Shown one piece after another: positions 1 through 8,142 of a DNA stretch of 32,000 bases. Below the pieces are notes generated by a model that did not search any database, had not been told where the DNA came from, and saw nothing but the letters and a program-made list of their open reading frames with translations. Position numbers and translations under genes: made by a program. Within the stretch, counting starts at the first letter, position 1; each line of letters begins with the position of its first letter. The stretch covers positions 120,001-152,000 of the forward strand of contig JAUVVC010000003.1 of assembly GCA_030604855.1 (NCBI GenBank). The letters are read 5' to 3'. Origin of the DNA: Erysipelotrichaceae bacterium (lineage in GTDB: Bacteria; Bacillota_I; Bacilli_A; Erysipelotrichales; Erysipelotrichaceae).

Positions 1-407
1 TGGAAAAGATCAAGCATGAGTATGAACGTTTAGGCCTACATGGTCAAAATCAATTCAGCATCATTGCGAGTGAAATGGCCTATGCGCATGGGGATGCGTA
101 TATGGATGCGTTGGTTGAAGCTTTGATGACCAATATTGAGTGGGTCAAGGCTTTTGTGGCAACAGAACTGCCACAGATCAAAGTCATGGATATTGAGGGG
201 ACGTACTTGATGTGGTTGGATTTTAAGGCTTTAAACATGAAGCAAAAAGACTTGGCTGATTTCTTGATGAATCAAGCCAAGTTGTGGTTGAATGATGGAT
301 CGATGTTTGGTGAAGGGGGTGAAGGTTTCATGCGTTTGAATGTGGCAACGGATCTGGAAACCTTGAAACAAGCCTTCTATCAATTAAGAAACACTATAGA
401 CAATTAA
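1..407 (+). CDS. PLP-dependent C-S lyase (PatB/MalY-type cystathionine beta-lyase family), C-terminal fragment; 5' end outside window
   Basis: The frame is open from nt 3 to TAA at 405-407. The tail WLNDGSMFGEGGEGFMRLNVATDLETLKQAF matches the conserved C-terminus of MalY/PatB-type aminotransferase-fold lyases. A hairpin terminator follows. Confidence 0.7.
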   Translation, partial: EKIKHEYERLGLHGQNQFSIIASEMAYAHGDAYMDALVEALMTNIEWVKAFVATELPQIKVMDIEGTYLMWLDFKALNMKQKDLADFLMNQAKLWLNDGSMFGEGGEGFMRLNVATDLETLKQAFYQLRNTIDN

Positions 408-427
408 AGGCACGAATCGTGCCTTTT
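406..427. terminator. Bidirectional rho-independent terminator between convergent genes
   Basis: 9-bp stem AAAGGCACG / CGTGCCTTT with loop AAT, flanked by a T-run on both strands. It overlaps both stop codons. Confidence 0.7.
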
Positions 428-839
428 AGTTATCTGCTTTGTAGTTCATGTTCAACCAGGACCATTCCCATTGATGTCCATCCAAATCTTCAAAGACTCT
501 GAAATACATGAAGCCATGGTCCTTGGGTGGATTGTATTCCTTGGCACCGAGTGATACCGCTTTATCAACCAAGGCATCAACCGCTTCACGGGACTCAAGG
601 GTTGGTGATATCAATGTTTCGGTTGTTTTAAAGGCATCGCTAACCGGTTTGTTGGTAAAGGATTGAAAGAAGTCTTCCTTTAGAAGCATGATGCAGGTGG
701 ATTCACTTAATATCATGCATAAACCATTTTCATTAGAGTATTCACGGTTGAACTTAAAACCGAGTTCGGAAAAGAACGTTTCGGTTCTTTGGACATCCTT
801 GACAGCGAGATTGACGAAGAGTTGCGGATTCATAAACAA
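426..839 (-). CDS. VOC (glyoxalase/bleomycin-resistance/dioxygenase) family protein
   Basis: 137 aa. The N-terminus LFVNLAVKDVQRTETFFSELGF and the C-terminal FEDLDGHQWEW are typical of single-domain VOC proteins. AGGAGG RBS lies 7 nt upstream of the ATG. Confidence 0.7.
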   Translation of the reverse strand: MFMNPQLFVNLAVKDVQRTETFFSELGFKFNREYSNENGLCMILSESTCIMLLKEDFFQSFTNKPVSDAFKTTETLISPTLESREAVDALVDKAVSLGAKEYNPPKDHGFMYFRVFEDLDGHQWEWSWLNMNYKADN

Positions 840-891
840 TCCTCCTTTTTCTCAGTTTACGCTGAATTCGTTTAATTATATATTGAAATGC

Positions 892-2214
892 TTAGACCAA
901 GGCATGGATCCACTTGTTGCCTCGGATACGGATTTGATTGACAATGGATCTGAACATCCAGTCCACACCCATGGCCATGAAAATGCCGATGACACCGAAA
1001 TCAAGGATGACAGCAAATAAGTATGCGAAAGGGAGTCTAAACACCAACATGGCCGTAAGTGAGACATTCATGGTGAAGCGTACATCACCTCCGGCACGAA
1101 GTGCTGAGGAAAGCATGAAGCCGGGTGTCCAGAAGAGAATGGCAATGGCGTTGTGGACCAACATGGCCATGATGGTGTAATCCCGAGCTTCGGGAGAAAT
1201 GGTATAAAGCCTTAACAGAAAAGGAAGCGCAAGAAGCTCACCCACAGCCAAGAAAATCGTTACAATCTGAGCTTGACGCAACAGTTTCTTGGCATACATG
1301 CGCGCTTGTTCAACTTCCTTGGCCCCGATGCATTGACCGACAACGGTGATGCTGGCAAATAATACAGCCATGGAATAACTGAGGGCAAATGCCCCTAAGC
1401 TGTTTACGATGCCCTGAGCGGTGATCTGCGCTGTTCCAAACAGGGCGATGATGGAAGCGAGGAAGACGCGTCCGACTTGTGTGACCCCATTTTCCACACC
1501 GTTGGGGAGGGCAACCTTAAGGATGCGTAGGATGAGTTCTTTATCCCAGATCCACAGGTGTTGTTTATCTAATCGGATGACAAGCTCAGGGTTGAAATTG
1601 AGTTTGAGAATGAAACCAGAGGCGAGGATACGAGCTGTTAGAGTTGCGAAGGCCACGCCGGTGATACCGGCTTTGAAGCCGAATATAGCGACTGCGATGC
1701 CAAAGACACTTAAGAGATTGAGGACCATGGAAGCCATCATCGGAATGCGTGAGTTGCCCATGGCACGAAACAGACCTGCGCTGGAATTATAAGCAGCCAT
1801 GAAAGGATAACTGAGACTTGAGACGATGAAATAGATGCGTGCCGCTTGCATGACGTCCGCATCGACGGAACCAAATAAAAGCGAAAGGATGGCTTGGTTG
1901 AAAACCAGTACGATCCCTACAATGGATAAGGCCACAAGAACGGTGAGAACCATGACTTGTGTGGCTGCTTTCTGAGCCATCTCCAAACGTTTGGAACCAA
2001 TGATTTGTGCGAGGACAACGGTTCCACCTGTGGATATTGAAAGCAATACACTCACGATCAAGACATTGATCATTTCAACCAAAGAGACACCGGATACAGC
2101 TGCTTCACCAGCATAGGAGAGAAGCAGGGTTGAAACGATCCCAACGCCTGCCAACAGAAGTTGATCAAGGAAGATGGGTAGAATCAAACGGTTAAGATCT
2201 TTTTTACTGAACAT
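892..2214 (-). CDS. MATE family multidrug/toxin efflux transporter
   Basis: 440 aa, hydrophobic throughout (about 12 TM segments), with a typical MatE N-terminus (LILPIFLDQLLLAGVGIVSTLLLS). GAGGTG RBS. Probably co-transcribed with the downstream VOC gene (52-nt gap, no terminator). Confidence 0.85.
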   Translation of the reverse strand: MFSKKDLNRLILPIFLDQLLLAGVGIVSTLLLSYAGEAAVSGVSLVEMINVLIVSVLLSISTGGTVVLAQIIGSKRLEMAQKAATQVMVLTVLVALSIVGIVLVFNQAILSLLFGSVDADVMQAARIYFIVSSLSYPFMAAYNSSAGLFRAMGNSRIPMMASMVLNLLSVFGIAVAIFGFKAGITGVAFATLTARILASGFILKLNFNPELVIRLDKQHLWIWDKELILRILKVALPNGVENGVTQVGRVFLASIIALFGTAQITAQGIVNSLGAFALSYSMAVLFASITVVGQCIGAKEVEQARMYAKKLLRQAQIVTIFLAVGELLALPFLLRLYTISPEARDYTIMAMLVHNAIAILFWTPGFMLSSALRAGGDVRFTMNVSLTAMLVFRLPFAYLFAVILDFGVIGIFMAMGVDWMFRSIVNQIRIRGNKWIHALV

Positions 2215-2283
2215 GGGTCACCTCAAAAATACTGTTCTAATCCTATCACTAAAATGTCAAAATGGAAGACTAAAATGAGGAAG

Positions 2284-2292
2284 TGGTATACT
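2284..2292 (+). promoter_or_regulatory. Candidate extended -10 promoter element (TGgTATACT) for the DJ-1/PfpI gene
   Basis: TG-n-TATACT lies 33 nt upstream of the ATG at 2325. There is no good -35. Confidence 0.35.
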
Positions 2293-2324
2293 ATGCTTAA
2301 GAAATTGATCAAAGGAGGATGATT

Positions 2325-2873
2325 ATGAAACTTGCATGCCTTTTAGCCGACGGCTTTGAAGAGACGGAAATGATCACAGTCGTGGATCTCTTGCGACGAG
2401 CAAAGATTGACGTCGATCTTGTCTCAATCGGTGATTTGAAGGTGACGGGAAGTCACGGTATTGCTGTCCTTGCGGATAAGTTGTGGGAAGATATGGATGC
2501 TTATGATGGACTCTTCTTACCGGGTGGGCAACCAGGATCCACGAACTTAGGGAATGATGAGAGGGTCATCGACTTGATTCAGAAATATAATCAAGAAGGC
2601 AAATGGTTGAGTGCCATCTGTGCAGCCCCCAGTGTCTTTGCCAAAGCAGAGATCATCAAAGGCAGACGCATCACATCATATCCGATGTCCAATATTGATG
2701 AACTGTTTAAAGAAGCGATCTACGCAGAAGACTTCGTCGTACAAGATGGTAAACTCATCACATCACGCGGTGTCGGGACAGCTCAACACTTTGGCTTGCA
2801 TCTCGTTGAAGCTTTAGGCTATGACGCCAAGACTCTTAGTGACAGTATCCTTTTCACATTGGTAAATAAATAA
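2325..2873 (+). CDS. DJ-1/PfpI (ThiJ) family protein
   Basis: Nucleophile-elbow motif SAICAAPSVF and FLPGG. The ATG at 2325 is preferred over 2319 because GGAGG (2314-2318) sits 6 nt upstream of it. Confidence 0.85.
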   Translation: MKLACLLADGFEETEMITVVDLLRRAKIDVDLVSIGDLKVTGSHGIAVLADKLWEDMDAYDGLFLPGGQPGSTNLGNDERVIDLIQKYNQEGKWLSAICAAPSVFAKAEIIKGRRITSYPMSNIDELFKEAIYAEDFVVQDGKLITSRGVGTAQHFGLHLVEALGYDAKTLSDSILFTLVNK

Positions 2874-2902
2874 TGCACAGATGTTTGGATATTTGATATA
2901 AT
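2874..2902 (+). promoter_or_regulatory. Candidate promoter of tRNA-Leu (TGCACA-17-TGaTATAAT)
   Basis: Perfect TATAAT at 2897-2902 with an upstream TG (extended -10). The tRNA 5' end lies 12 nt downstream. Confidence 0.55.
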
Positions 2903-2913
2903 ATTCAAGCATC

Positions 2914-2998
2914 GCACCAGTGGCGGAATTGGTATACGCGTACGTCTCAGAAGCGTATGGTTCATACCGTGCGGGTTCAAGTCCCGCCTGGTGCACCA
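2914..2998 (+). tRNA. tRNA-Leu (anticodon CAG), type II with long variable arm, encoded CCA
   Basis: Hand-folded. Acceptor GCACCAG/CTGGTGC; 3-bp D stem GCG/CGC; anticodon stem TACGT/GCGTA with loop CT-CAG-AA; long variable arm; T arm GCGGG-TTCAAGT-CCCGC; 3' ACCA. Confidence 0.9.
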
Positions 2999-3007
2999 TA
3001 AACAAAC

Positions 3008-3030
3008 AAAACTCGCAAACGCGAGTTTTT
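3008..3030. terminator. Bidirectional terminator (tRNA-Leu on +, pepT/DUF438 operon on -)
   Basis: AAAACTCGC-AAAC-GCGAGTTTT hairpin with T-runs on both strands. Confidence 0.7.
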
Positions 3031-4183
3031 ATTTATCCCATTGCAGGAGTTTGCGTTGACCTTCCAAAGCACGGATGCCACTGACTTCTTGCGAGAGTTC
3101 AAGGACACCTTTATAAACATTATCGTTATCTCTTAAGGCGAAATAACGGATATAGAGAAACTTGCCACGCATTTCTATCCAGAAATTCGCTTCACTCTGT
3201 TCACCTCTCCGGAAAGCCTCAATGATGTTTTCAACCACATCCACACTTTCTGCGGGATGACAGTTACGGACATCCCTTCCTATAACGGCTGGAGATCGAG
3301 GGAAGATGCGATCTTTCGGTCGATTGAACCAACGGACCTTATTGTTTTCATCCACAAACGTACAGTCGATGGGTAAGGCATCCAAAACCATTGTCAATTG
3401 ATCAAAGCTCAAAGAGCCTGTTTCGGTGGTGAAGAAGGCATTATCTACAGTGAATTTGGGTTGAGGGCGTGGTTTTGGTGTCGGGATCCAGATGAAACCC
3501 AGTTCGAAGCTTTGGTGACGCATGGCTTCAAGTTCATTGACACTCAAGAGCTCATGCGCGACTTGGAACAGAATCATCTCTTCTTTTTGAATCAAACCAA
3601 AGGCTTTGAAGAAGTAATCCCCTAAAATCTCACTGATCGTTTGTCGTGGAAGATTATTCTTTAAGGCGTCTAAGGTATCTTTTAAACGTTTACGAGCTTG
3701 ATCTTGCAAAGACCATAGAATGGTCGTTCCTTGGTATTGTTCACCCTTGGATTCCAAGAAAGGAAAGAGGATGTTTTGAAGTTTGGTGTAATGGAGTTCA
3801 AAGGGGATTAAATCTTCGAAACGTTCAATCAGATGTTCCGGTATGAATTGATATTTATCTTCAATCAATATCGCTTTGATTGCATTCAATCGTTTCTCCA
3901 TCTCACGATTCTCTTGCATCATATGATCCAAGAACGAATCCTGAGGCATTTCCAAACGTTTGGTATCCAAACTCTGTGAGAACAGGTGGATCAACTTATC
4001 TAGGTACACCAAGATTTCGGCAGGTTTCGATCCATTCTTATTCACTTCATAAAACAAGGTGAACAAATCCGATGCATTGACACTCAGGACTTCCTTCTCA
4101 TATTCCTTATACACTTCATAATTGGCTTCGTTCTTCGCAATACGTTCGATGTATTCCAACAAACGTTCAAGTCGTGCTTCCAT
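3029..4183 (-). CDS. DUF438 domain protein with C-terminal PAS-like domain (putative sensor)
   Basis: The C-terminal block FVDENNKVRWFNRPKDRIFPRSPAVIGRDVRNCHPAESVDVVENIIEAFRRGEQSEANFWIEMRGKFLYIRYFALRD is the signature PAS-type module of DUF438 proteins. The ATG directly abuts the pepT stop, and a GGAGGTG RBS lies inside the pepT 3' end. Confidence 0.8.
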   Translation of the reverse strand: MEARLERLLEYIERIAKNEANYEVYKEYEKEVLSVNASDLFTLFYEVNKNGSKPAEILVYLDKLIHLFSQSLDTKRLEMPQDSFLDHMMQENREMEKRLNAIKAILIEDKYQFIPEHLIERFEDLIPFELHYTKLQNILFPFLESKGEQYQGTTILWSLQDQARKRLKDTLDALKNNLPRQTISEILGDYFFKAFGLIQKEEMILFQVAHELLSVNELEAMRHQSFELGFIWIPTPKPRPQPKFTVDNAFFTTETGSLSFDQLTMVLDALPIDCTFVDENNKVRWFNRPKDRIFPRSPAVIGRDVRNCHPAESVDVVENIIEAFRRGEQSEANFWIEMRGKFLYIRYFALRDNDNVYKGVLELSQEVSGIRALEGQRKLLQWDK

Positions 4184-5410
4184 TTACACCTCCGCGTTCA
4201 ATTGAACGAGTTTGACAATGACCTCCACAGCTTTCCGCATGTCATCTAAGGATGCGTATTCATAAGGACCGTGATAGTTCCCACCGCCTGTGAACAGATT
4301 TGGTGTTGGAATGCCCATGAAGGAGATCTTTGATCCATCAGTTCCACCACGAATGGGTTGGATGATCGGTTCGACCTCACAAGCCACCATGGCTTGCTTA
4401 GCCAACTCGACAGGTTTCATATCTTTTTCGATAACTTCACGCATGTTGTAGTAAGAATCTTTCATCGAGACCACAAAGCGCTCCGCACCGTATTTCTCAT
4501 TCAAGTAGTTCGCATTTTTGAGCATGCGATCCTTACGTGCCAAGAATTTCACTTTATCGTGATCACGGATGATGTAGGTCATCTTGCCGTGATCAATGGT
4601 CGTCTCCATGTCATGAAGAAGGAAGAAACCTTCATAGTGCTCAGTGTGTTCAGGTACTTCGTTCTGAGGTAGCAGGGCATCGAATTCCATGGCGAGTTTG
4701 GCACAGTTGATCATCTTATCCTTAGCGGTACCGGGATGGACCGATACGCCATGAAGTGTGACGATGGCAGCTGCCGCATTGAAACTCTCATACTCGAGTT
4801 CACCGCGTTTGGCTCCATCCAAGGTGTAGGCAAACTTCGCTCTGAAATTCGGCGCATCAAAGAGATTCGCTCCTCTGCCGATTTCTTCATCTGGTCCAAA
4901 CGCAATTCGGATCTCACCATGTTTGAGTTCGGGGTTATTTTTAAGGATAAGCATCGCTTCGATGATCTCCACGACACCGGCTTTATCATCCGCACCCAAG
5001 AGGGTGGTACCATCGGTGACGATTAAAGTATGTCCCACAAGTTCCTTTAGATGCGGAAACATCACAGGATCCGAAACCAATCCCGATGCTTCATTGAGCA
5101 CGATGGGCTCTCCATCATAATTCTCAATCACTCTGGGTGAAATGTTTTCGGCATTGAAATCGGCGGTATCGTAGTGCGCAATGAAGCCGATCGTATCCAC
5201 TTCATGGTCCACATTGCTTTTTACGGTAGCACTCACAAAACCATTGTCGGGGTTGTATTCCACTTCATCGAAGCCCAAGTCGACGAGTTCTTGAGCCAAC
5301 ATTTTGGCAAATACGACTTGATTCTCGGAGGAAGGGACCGTACTGCTCTTCTCATTGGATCGTGTGTTTATTTTGCAATAGCGTATGAATCGTTCTAATA
5401 AGGTTTCCAT
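4184..5410 (-). CDS. pepT: Peptidase T (tripeptide aminopeptidase, M20B)
   Basis: 408 aa. LERFIRYCKINTRS, IGFIAHYDTADF, LLGADDKAGV, FGPDEEIG and GGTDGS motifs are characteristic of PepT. Confidence 0.9.
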   Translation of the reverse strand: METLLERFIRYCKINTRSNEKSSTVPSSENQVVFAKMLAQELVDLGFDEVEYNPDNGFVSATVKSNVDHEVDTIGFIAHYDTADFNAENISPRVIENYDGEPIVLNEASGLVSDPVMFPHLKELVGHTLIVTDGTTLLGADDKAGVVEIIEAMLILKNNPELKHGEIRIAFGPDEEIGRGANLFDAPNFRAKFAYTLDGAKRGELEYESFNAAAAIVTLHGVSVHPGTAKDKMINCAKLAMEFDALLPQNEVPEHTEHYEGFFLLHDMETTIDHGKMTYIIRDHDKVKFLARKDRMLKNANYLNEKYGAERFVVSMKDSYYNMREVIEKDMKPVELAKQAMVACEVEPIIQPIRGGTDGSKISFMGIPTPNLFTGGGNYHGPYEYASLDDMRKAVEVIVKLVQLNAEV

Positions 5411-5491
5411 AAATTTCTCTTTTCTATTGAGTCTATTATACTGTACAAAATGTGAAAATATGCTATAGTGCTTTAGATTAATGGAGGGCTT

Positions 5492-6145
5492 ATGCGTCTA
5501 ACACTTTCTCGTATCCTATTGAATTTACTCTCGGTCACCATCATTGCGATTGGATTGACCCTTTTGATCAAAGCCAATCTAGGTCAGAGCACCGTCTCTG
5601 GTTTCAGTTCCACACTCGCACATATTTTGAATGTCAAAACGGGAACGATCGTTTTTTTCTTGAATCTTGTATGTTTCGTACTTGAATTGATCATCCTCAA
5701 CAAGAACGTGAAATGGTCCATCGGTCTCCAACTCCTTTTGAACAGCGTCTTTGGTTCCGTCGTGAACTTCTTTCTCTACGATGTGCCTTGGATCGCCAAT
5801 CTCAGCTTCAACAGTTACTTCGAACAGTTTGTTTTCTTACTGTTAGCCATCCTGATCATGGGTGTGGGTGTCAGCTTGATGATGAGCATCAACCTTGCGG
5901 TGTTGCCGTATGATGCTTTCATTGCCTTAGTATCGAAGACCTATAACATCCCTTTTGTCAAAGTACGTACGACAGCCGATCTCAGCTTCATCACAATTAC
6001 CTTGATTTTGGGTTTCTTGTTTCCCATCCCCTTCAATACGGTTCGTGAAGGAACGGTCATCTTCGCGTTTACCTTGGGAAGTGTCATTGCTTTTCTGAAC
6101 ATCCAATGGAAGAAACGCCTTCCGCTTTCCCTTAGACAAGCCTAG
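5492..6145 (+). CDS. YczE/YitT-like integral membrane protein (unknown function)
   Basis: 217 aa with 5-6 hydrophobic segments. The N-terminus IAIGLTLLIKANLGQSTVSGF resembles the YczE family. GGAGGG RBS. Confidence 0.55.
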   Translation: MRLTLSRILLNLLSVTIIAIGLTLLIKANLGQSTVSGFSSTLAHILNVKTGTIVFFLNLVCFVLELIILNKNVKWSIGLQLLLNSVFGSVVNFFLYDVPWIANLSFNSYFEQFVFLLLAILIMGVGVSLMMSINLAVLPYDAFIALVSKTYNIPFVKVRTTADLSFITITLILGFLFPIPFNTVREGTVIFAFTLGSVIAFLNIQWKKRLPLSLRQA

Positions 6146-6155
6146 CTTGTTTTTT
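6136..6155 (+). terminator. Weak candidate terminator
   Basis: ACAAGC-CTA-GCTTGT followed by TTTTT. The stem is short (6 bp) with a 3-nt loop. Confidence 0.35.
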
Positions 6156-6157
6156 AT

Positions 6158-6186
6158 TTTCCAAACTATCCACAAAGTTGTACAAT
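6158..6186 (+). promoter_or_regulatory. Candidate promoter TTTCCA-17-TACAAT placing the TSS at or next to the ATG of the WYL gene (possible leaderless mRNA)
   Basis: The -10 ends 6 nt before the A of the ATG at 6193. There is no Shine-Dalgarno upstream of this ATG. Confidence 0.35.
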
Positions 6187-6192
6187 TGAAGC

Positions 6193-7173
6193 ATGGAAGA
6201 ACGTCCTCAAAATAAACTTAAACTCTTGGAAATCCAAGACCTGCTCTTACGGGAAACCGATGATGAACATACTCTGACCGTTCAAGAGATCATTGATCAT
6301 CTCGCAAGCAAAGGCATGAAGAGTGAGCGTAAGAGTATTTATCTCTATATGGAACTCTTGGAAGCCTATGGTTTGGATATCATCAATGACAAAGAAAAGC
6401 AGAATCGATACCATGTCGGGAATCGACTTTTTCAGTTGGCTGAATTGAAATTGTTGGTGGATGCGGTCAAGTTCGCAAAATTCATCACCGCTGAGAAGAG
6501 CAGTGAACTCATCACGAAGTTGAAAACTTTGACCAGTGTCCATGAAGCAGCGCGTTTGGATCGTAATGACTGGATCTACAATCGTTTGAAATCTAAAAAT
6601 AACGCGGTCTATCTCAATGTGGATGCGATTCATGAGGCCATCCTCAAACAACGCATGATCCGCTTCAAATACTTTGATTATGATTTGGATAAAGAGATCG
6701 TTTATCGCAAACAGGGTGAATTCTATCGTGCCATCCCCGTCTTCTTGTGTTGGGATGACGAGAAATACTATGTCATCGTATATCAAGAAAACCATCAAGA
6801 TTATGCCGTATATCGACTGGATAAGATGCGTGAAGTTTCAATGCTTAAAACCAAGCATGAACATCAAGCGGATCTTGAAGCGGTCGAACAATACTGTGCC
6901 GGTCTCTTCCATATGTATACTGGGAATCAAGAAGAAGTAACGATGAGCTTTCAAGCAGGCTTGGTGAATGTGGTCTTTGATCGCTTTGGTTTAGATGTCA
7001 AAATCCAAAGACAAAATGAAGAATGGTTCACTATCACCGAAAACATCAGCGTCAGTCCAACCTTCTTTGCCTGGATTTTGCAGTTTGGGGATAAGGCAAA
7101 GATTCTATCCCCCCTTTCCGTTCAAAATGAACTGGTAGAATTGTGTCAAAAGAGCTTGAATCAATATGAATAA
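6193..7173 (+). CDS. WYL-domain transcriptional regulator (wHTH - WYL - WCX-like C-terminal domain)
   Basis: wHTH: LTVQEIIDHLASKGMKSERKSIYLYMELLEAYG. WYL core: IRFKYFDYD...YYVIVYQENHQDYAVYRLDKMREV. C-terminal: FFAWILQFGDKAKILSPLSV. Confidence 0.85.
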   Translation: MEERPQNKLKLLEIQDLLLRETDDEHTLTVQEIIDHLASKGMKSERKSIYLYMELLEAYGLDIINDKEKQNRYHVGNRLFQLAELKLLVDAVKFAKFITAEKSSELITKLKTLTSVHEAARLDRNDWIYNRLKSKNNAVYLNVDAIHEAILKQRMIRFKYFDYDLDKEIVYRKQGEFYRAIPVFLCWDDEKYYVIVYQENHQDYAVYRLDKMREVSMLKTKHEHQADLEAVEQYCAGLFHMYTGNQEEVTMSFQAGLVNVVFDRFGLDVKIQRQNEEWFTITENISVSPTFFAWILQFGDKAKILSPLSVQNELVELCQKSLNQYE

Positions 7174-8035
7174 ATCAACCATCAATAAACAACTTGCCAT
7201 CAACTATACCGTGCTTCGACGCTTGGTCCAAAATGACCATCTCGTTCATTCACGCATCCATAAAGATAACATTCACGAATTGATGGATGTCCGCAAATTC
7301 TACGAGACTTATTTCGAAAGTACAAAATTCGTTCAATATTTTCCCCAGGTCTGCCAACTCATCAAGCGTGAGACAGAAAGTGCTTTTGCGCGCCTTCGTC
7401 AACGGGTGTACATCGTGCATAAATACGATGAAGCCTATCCCAAGGCACTCATTCAGGATTTGAAAGAAGATGCGCCGCTTTTCCTGTATCTTTGCGGAGA
7501 CAACACCTTATTGGATCGTAAAGTGAAACGCGTCGCGATCGTAACGACTTTGAACCGTGAAGATGCTTACATCGAGACCAGTAAACAGATTTGTGCTTCA
7601 TTCAAGGATACGTACTATACAGTGATGATTCAGAATCGTTCAGCTGTGGATCATGTCTTGTTTGAGGAGTTGAAGGAAGTGAATGTGTCGATGTTGTATT
7701 TCGTGAATGCCCCTTTGTTTAAAGAAGACCATGCCGATAAGATCTGTAAATCGCATTGTCCAAAATATGCGATGTTGAGTTTTGTTGGACCGACCGAAGA
7801 TGGACTTGAGGATTTCATGCGCTTGAAAATCATGAATTCATTGGGTAAAGTCACGGTTTTGTTAAGTGACCAACCCAACGATGTCCACCATTTTTCTGTC
7901 CAAAACAACTATGCTTGGCATAAGCCGTCCATTCTCCCCATGATCAAACCGTCCACGATTCCACACTTTGAACGTGTATTCGCCTTGGATGATTCAGATG
8001 TATTCATTGATGTTCTAAATAACTGTATTTCATAG
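7166..8035 (+). CDS. Divergent DprA/Smf-like (SLOG Rossmann-fold) protein lacking canonical DprA motifs
   Basis: By-eye alignment to DprA. YDEAYPKALIQDLKEDAPLFLYLCGDNTLLDRKVKRVAIVTT matches D..YP..L..I.DPP.vLy.kG...LL...iAIVGTR. RLKIMNSLGKVTVLL matches RNRIIsGLs..vvVv. The GTR, SG.A.GID and SGSL motifs are substituted. The start overlaps the WYL gene by 8 nt (ATGAATAA). Confidence 0.55.
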   Translation: MNKSTINKQLAINYTVLRRLVQNDHLVHSRIHKDNIHELMDVRKFYETYFESTKFVQYFPQVCQLIKRETESAFARLRQRVYIVHKYDEAYPKALIQDLKEDAPLFLYLCGDNTLLDRKVKRVAIVTTLNREDAYIETSKQICASFKDTYYTVMIQNRSAVDHVLFEELKEVNVSMLYFVNAPLFKEDHADKICKSHCPKYAMLSFVGPTEDGLEDFMRLKIMNSLGKVTVLLSDQPNDVHHFSVQNNYAWHKPSILPMIKPSTIPHFERVFALDDSDVFIDVLNNCIS

Positions 8036-8113
8036 CGAAAGAAGGGATAATTTCAAAAAAGTTGTGAAATTGAATTAGTTTTGTATTAAATTTAACAAAA
8101 TTTTGCAAAGTTA

Positions 8114-8142
8114 TTGATTTGCCGTGTTTGCAGTTTTATACT
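8114..8142 (+). promoter_or_regulatory. Candidate sigma-A promoter TTGATT-17-TATACT for the CoADR-fusion gene
   Basis: Hexamers at 8114-8119 and 8137-8142 with a 17-nt spacer, 36 nt upstream of the ATG. Confidence 0.55.

Noticed and set aside
2814-3005. 63-aa minus-strand ORF spanning the tRNA-Leu gene
   Set aside because: It overlaps a well-folding tRNA and the DJ-1 gene 3' end and has no RBS. It is an artefact of ORF calling.
2914-5410. Genomic island integrated at tRNA-Leu
   Set aside because: There is no integrase or recombinase, no direct repeat of the tRNA 3' end that I could find, and the flanking genes (pepT, DUF438, DJ-1) look like ordinary housekeeping content with similar composition.
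6247-6798. 183-aa ORF antisense to the WYL regulator gene
   Set aside because: It lies entirely inside a gene with a clearly recognisable product on the other strand. It has no RBS, and its composition (I/F/D/Q-rich) is what is expected from reading an AT-rich gene backwards. It is a shadow ORF.
8062-8079. Full Rex operator (TTGTGAA-N4-TTCACAA) upstream of the flavoprotein gene
   Set aside because: Only the left half-site matches. The right half (AATTAGT) does not resemble TTCACAA. At 10692 the TCACA partner is spaced 2 nt rather than the required distance. I kept it only as a half-site motif observation.
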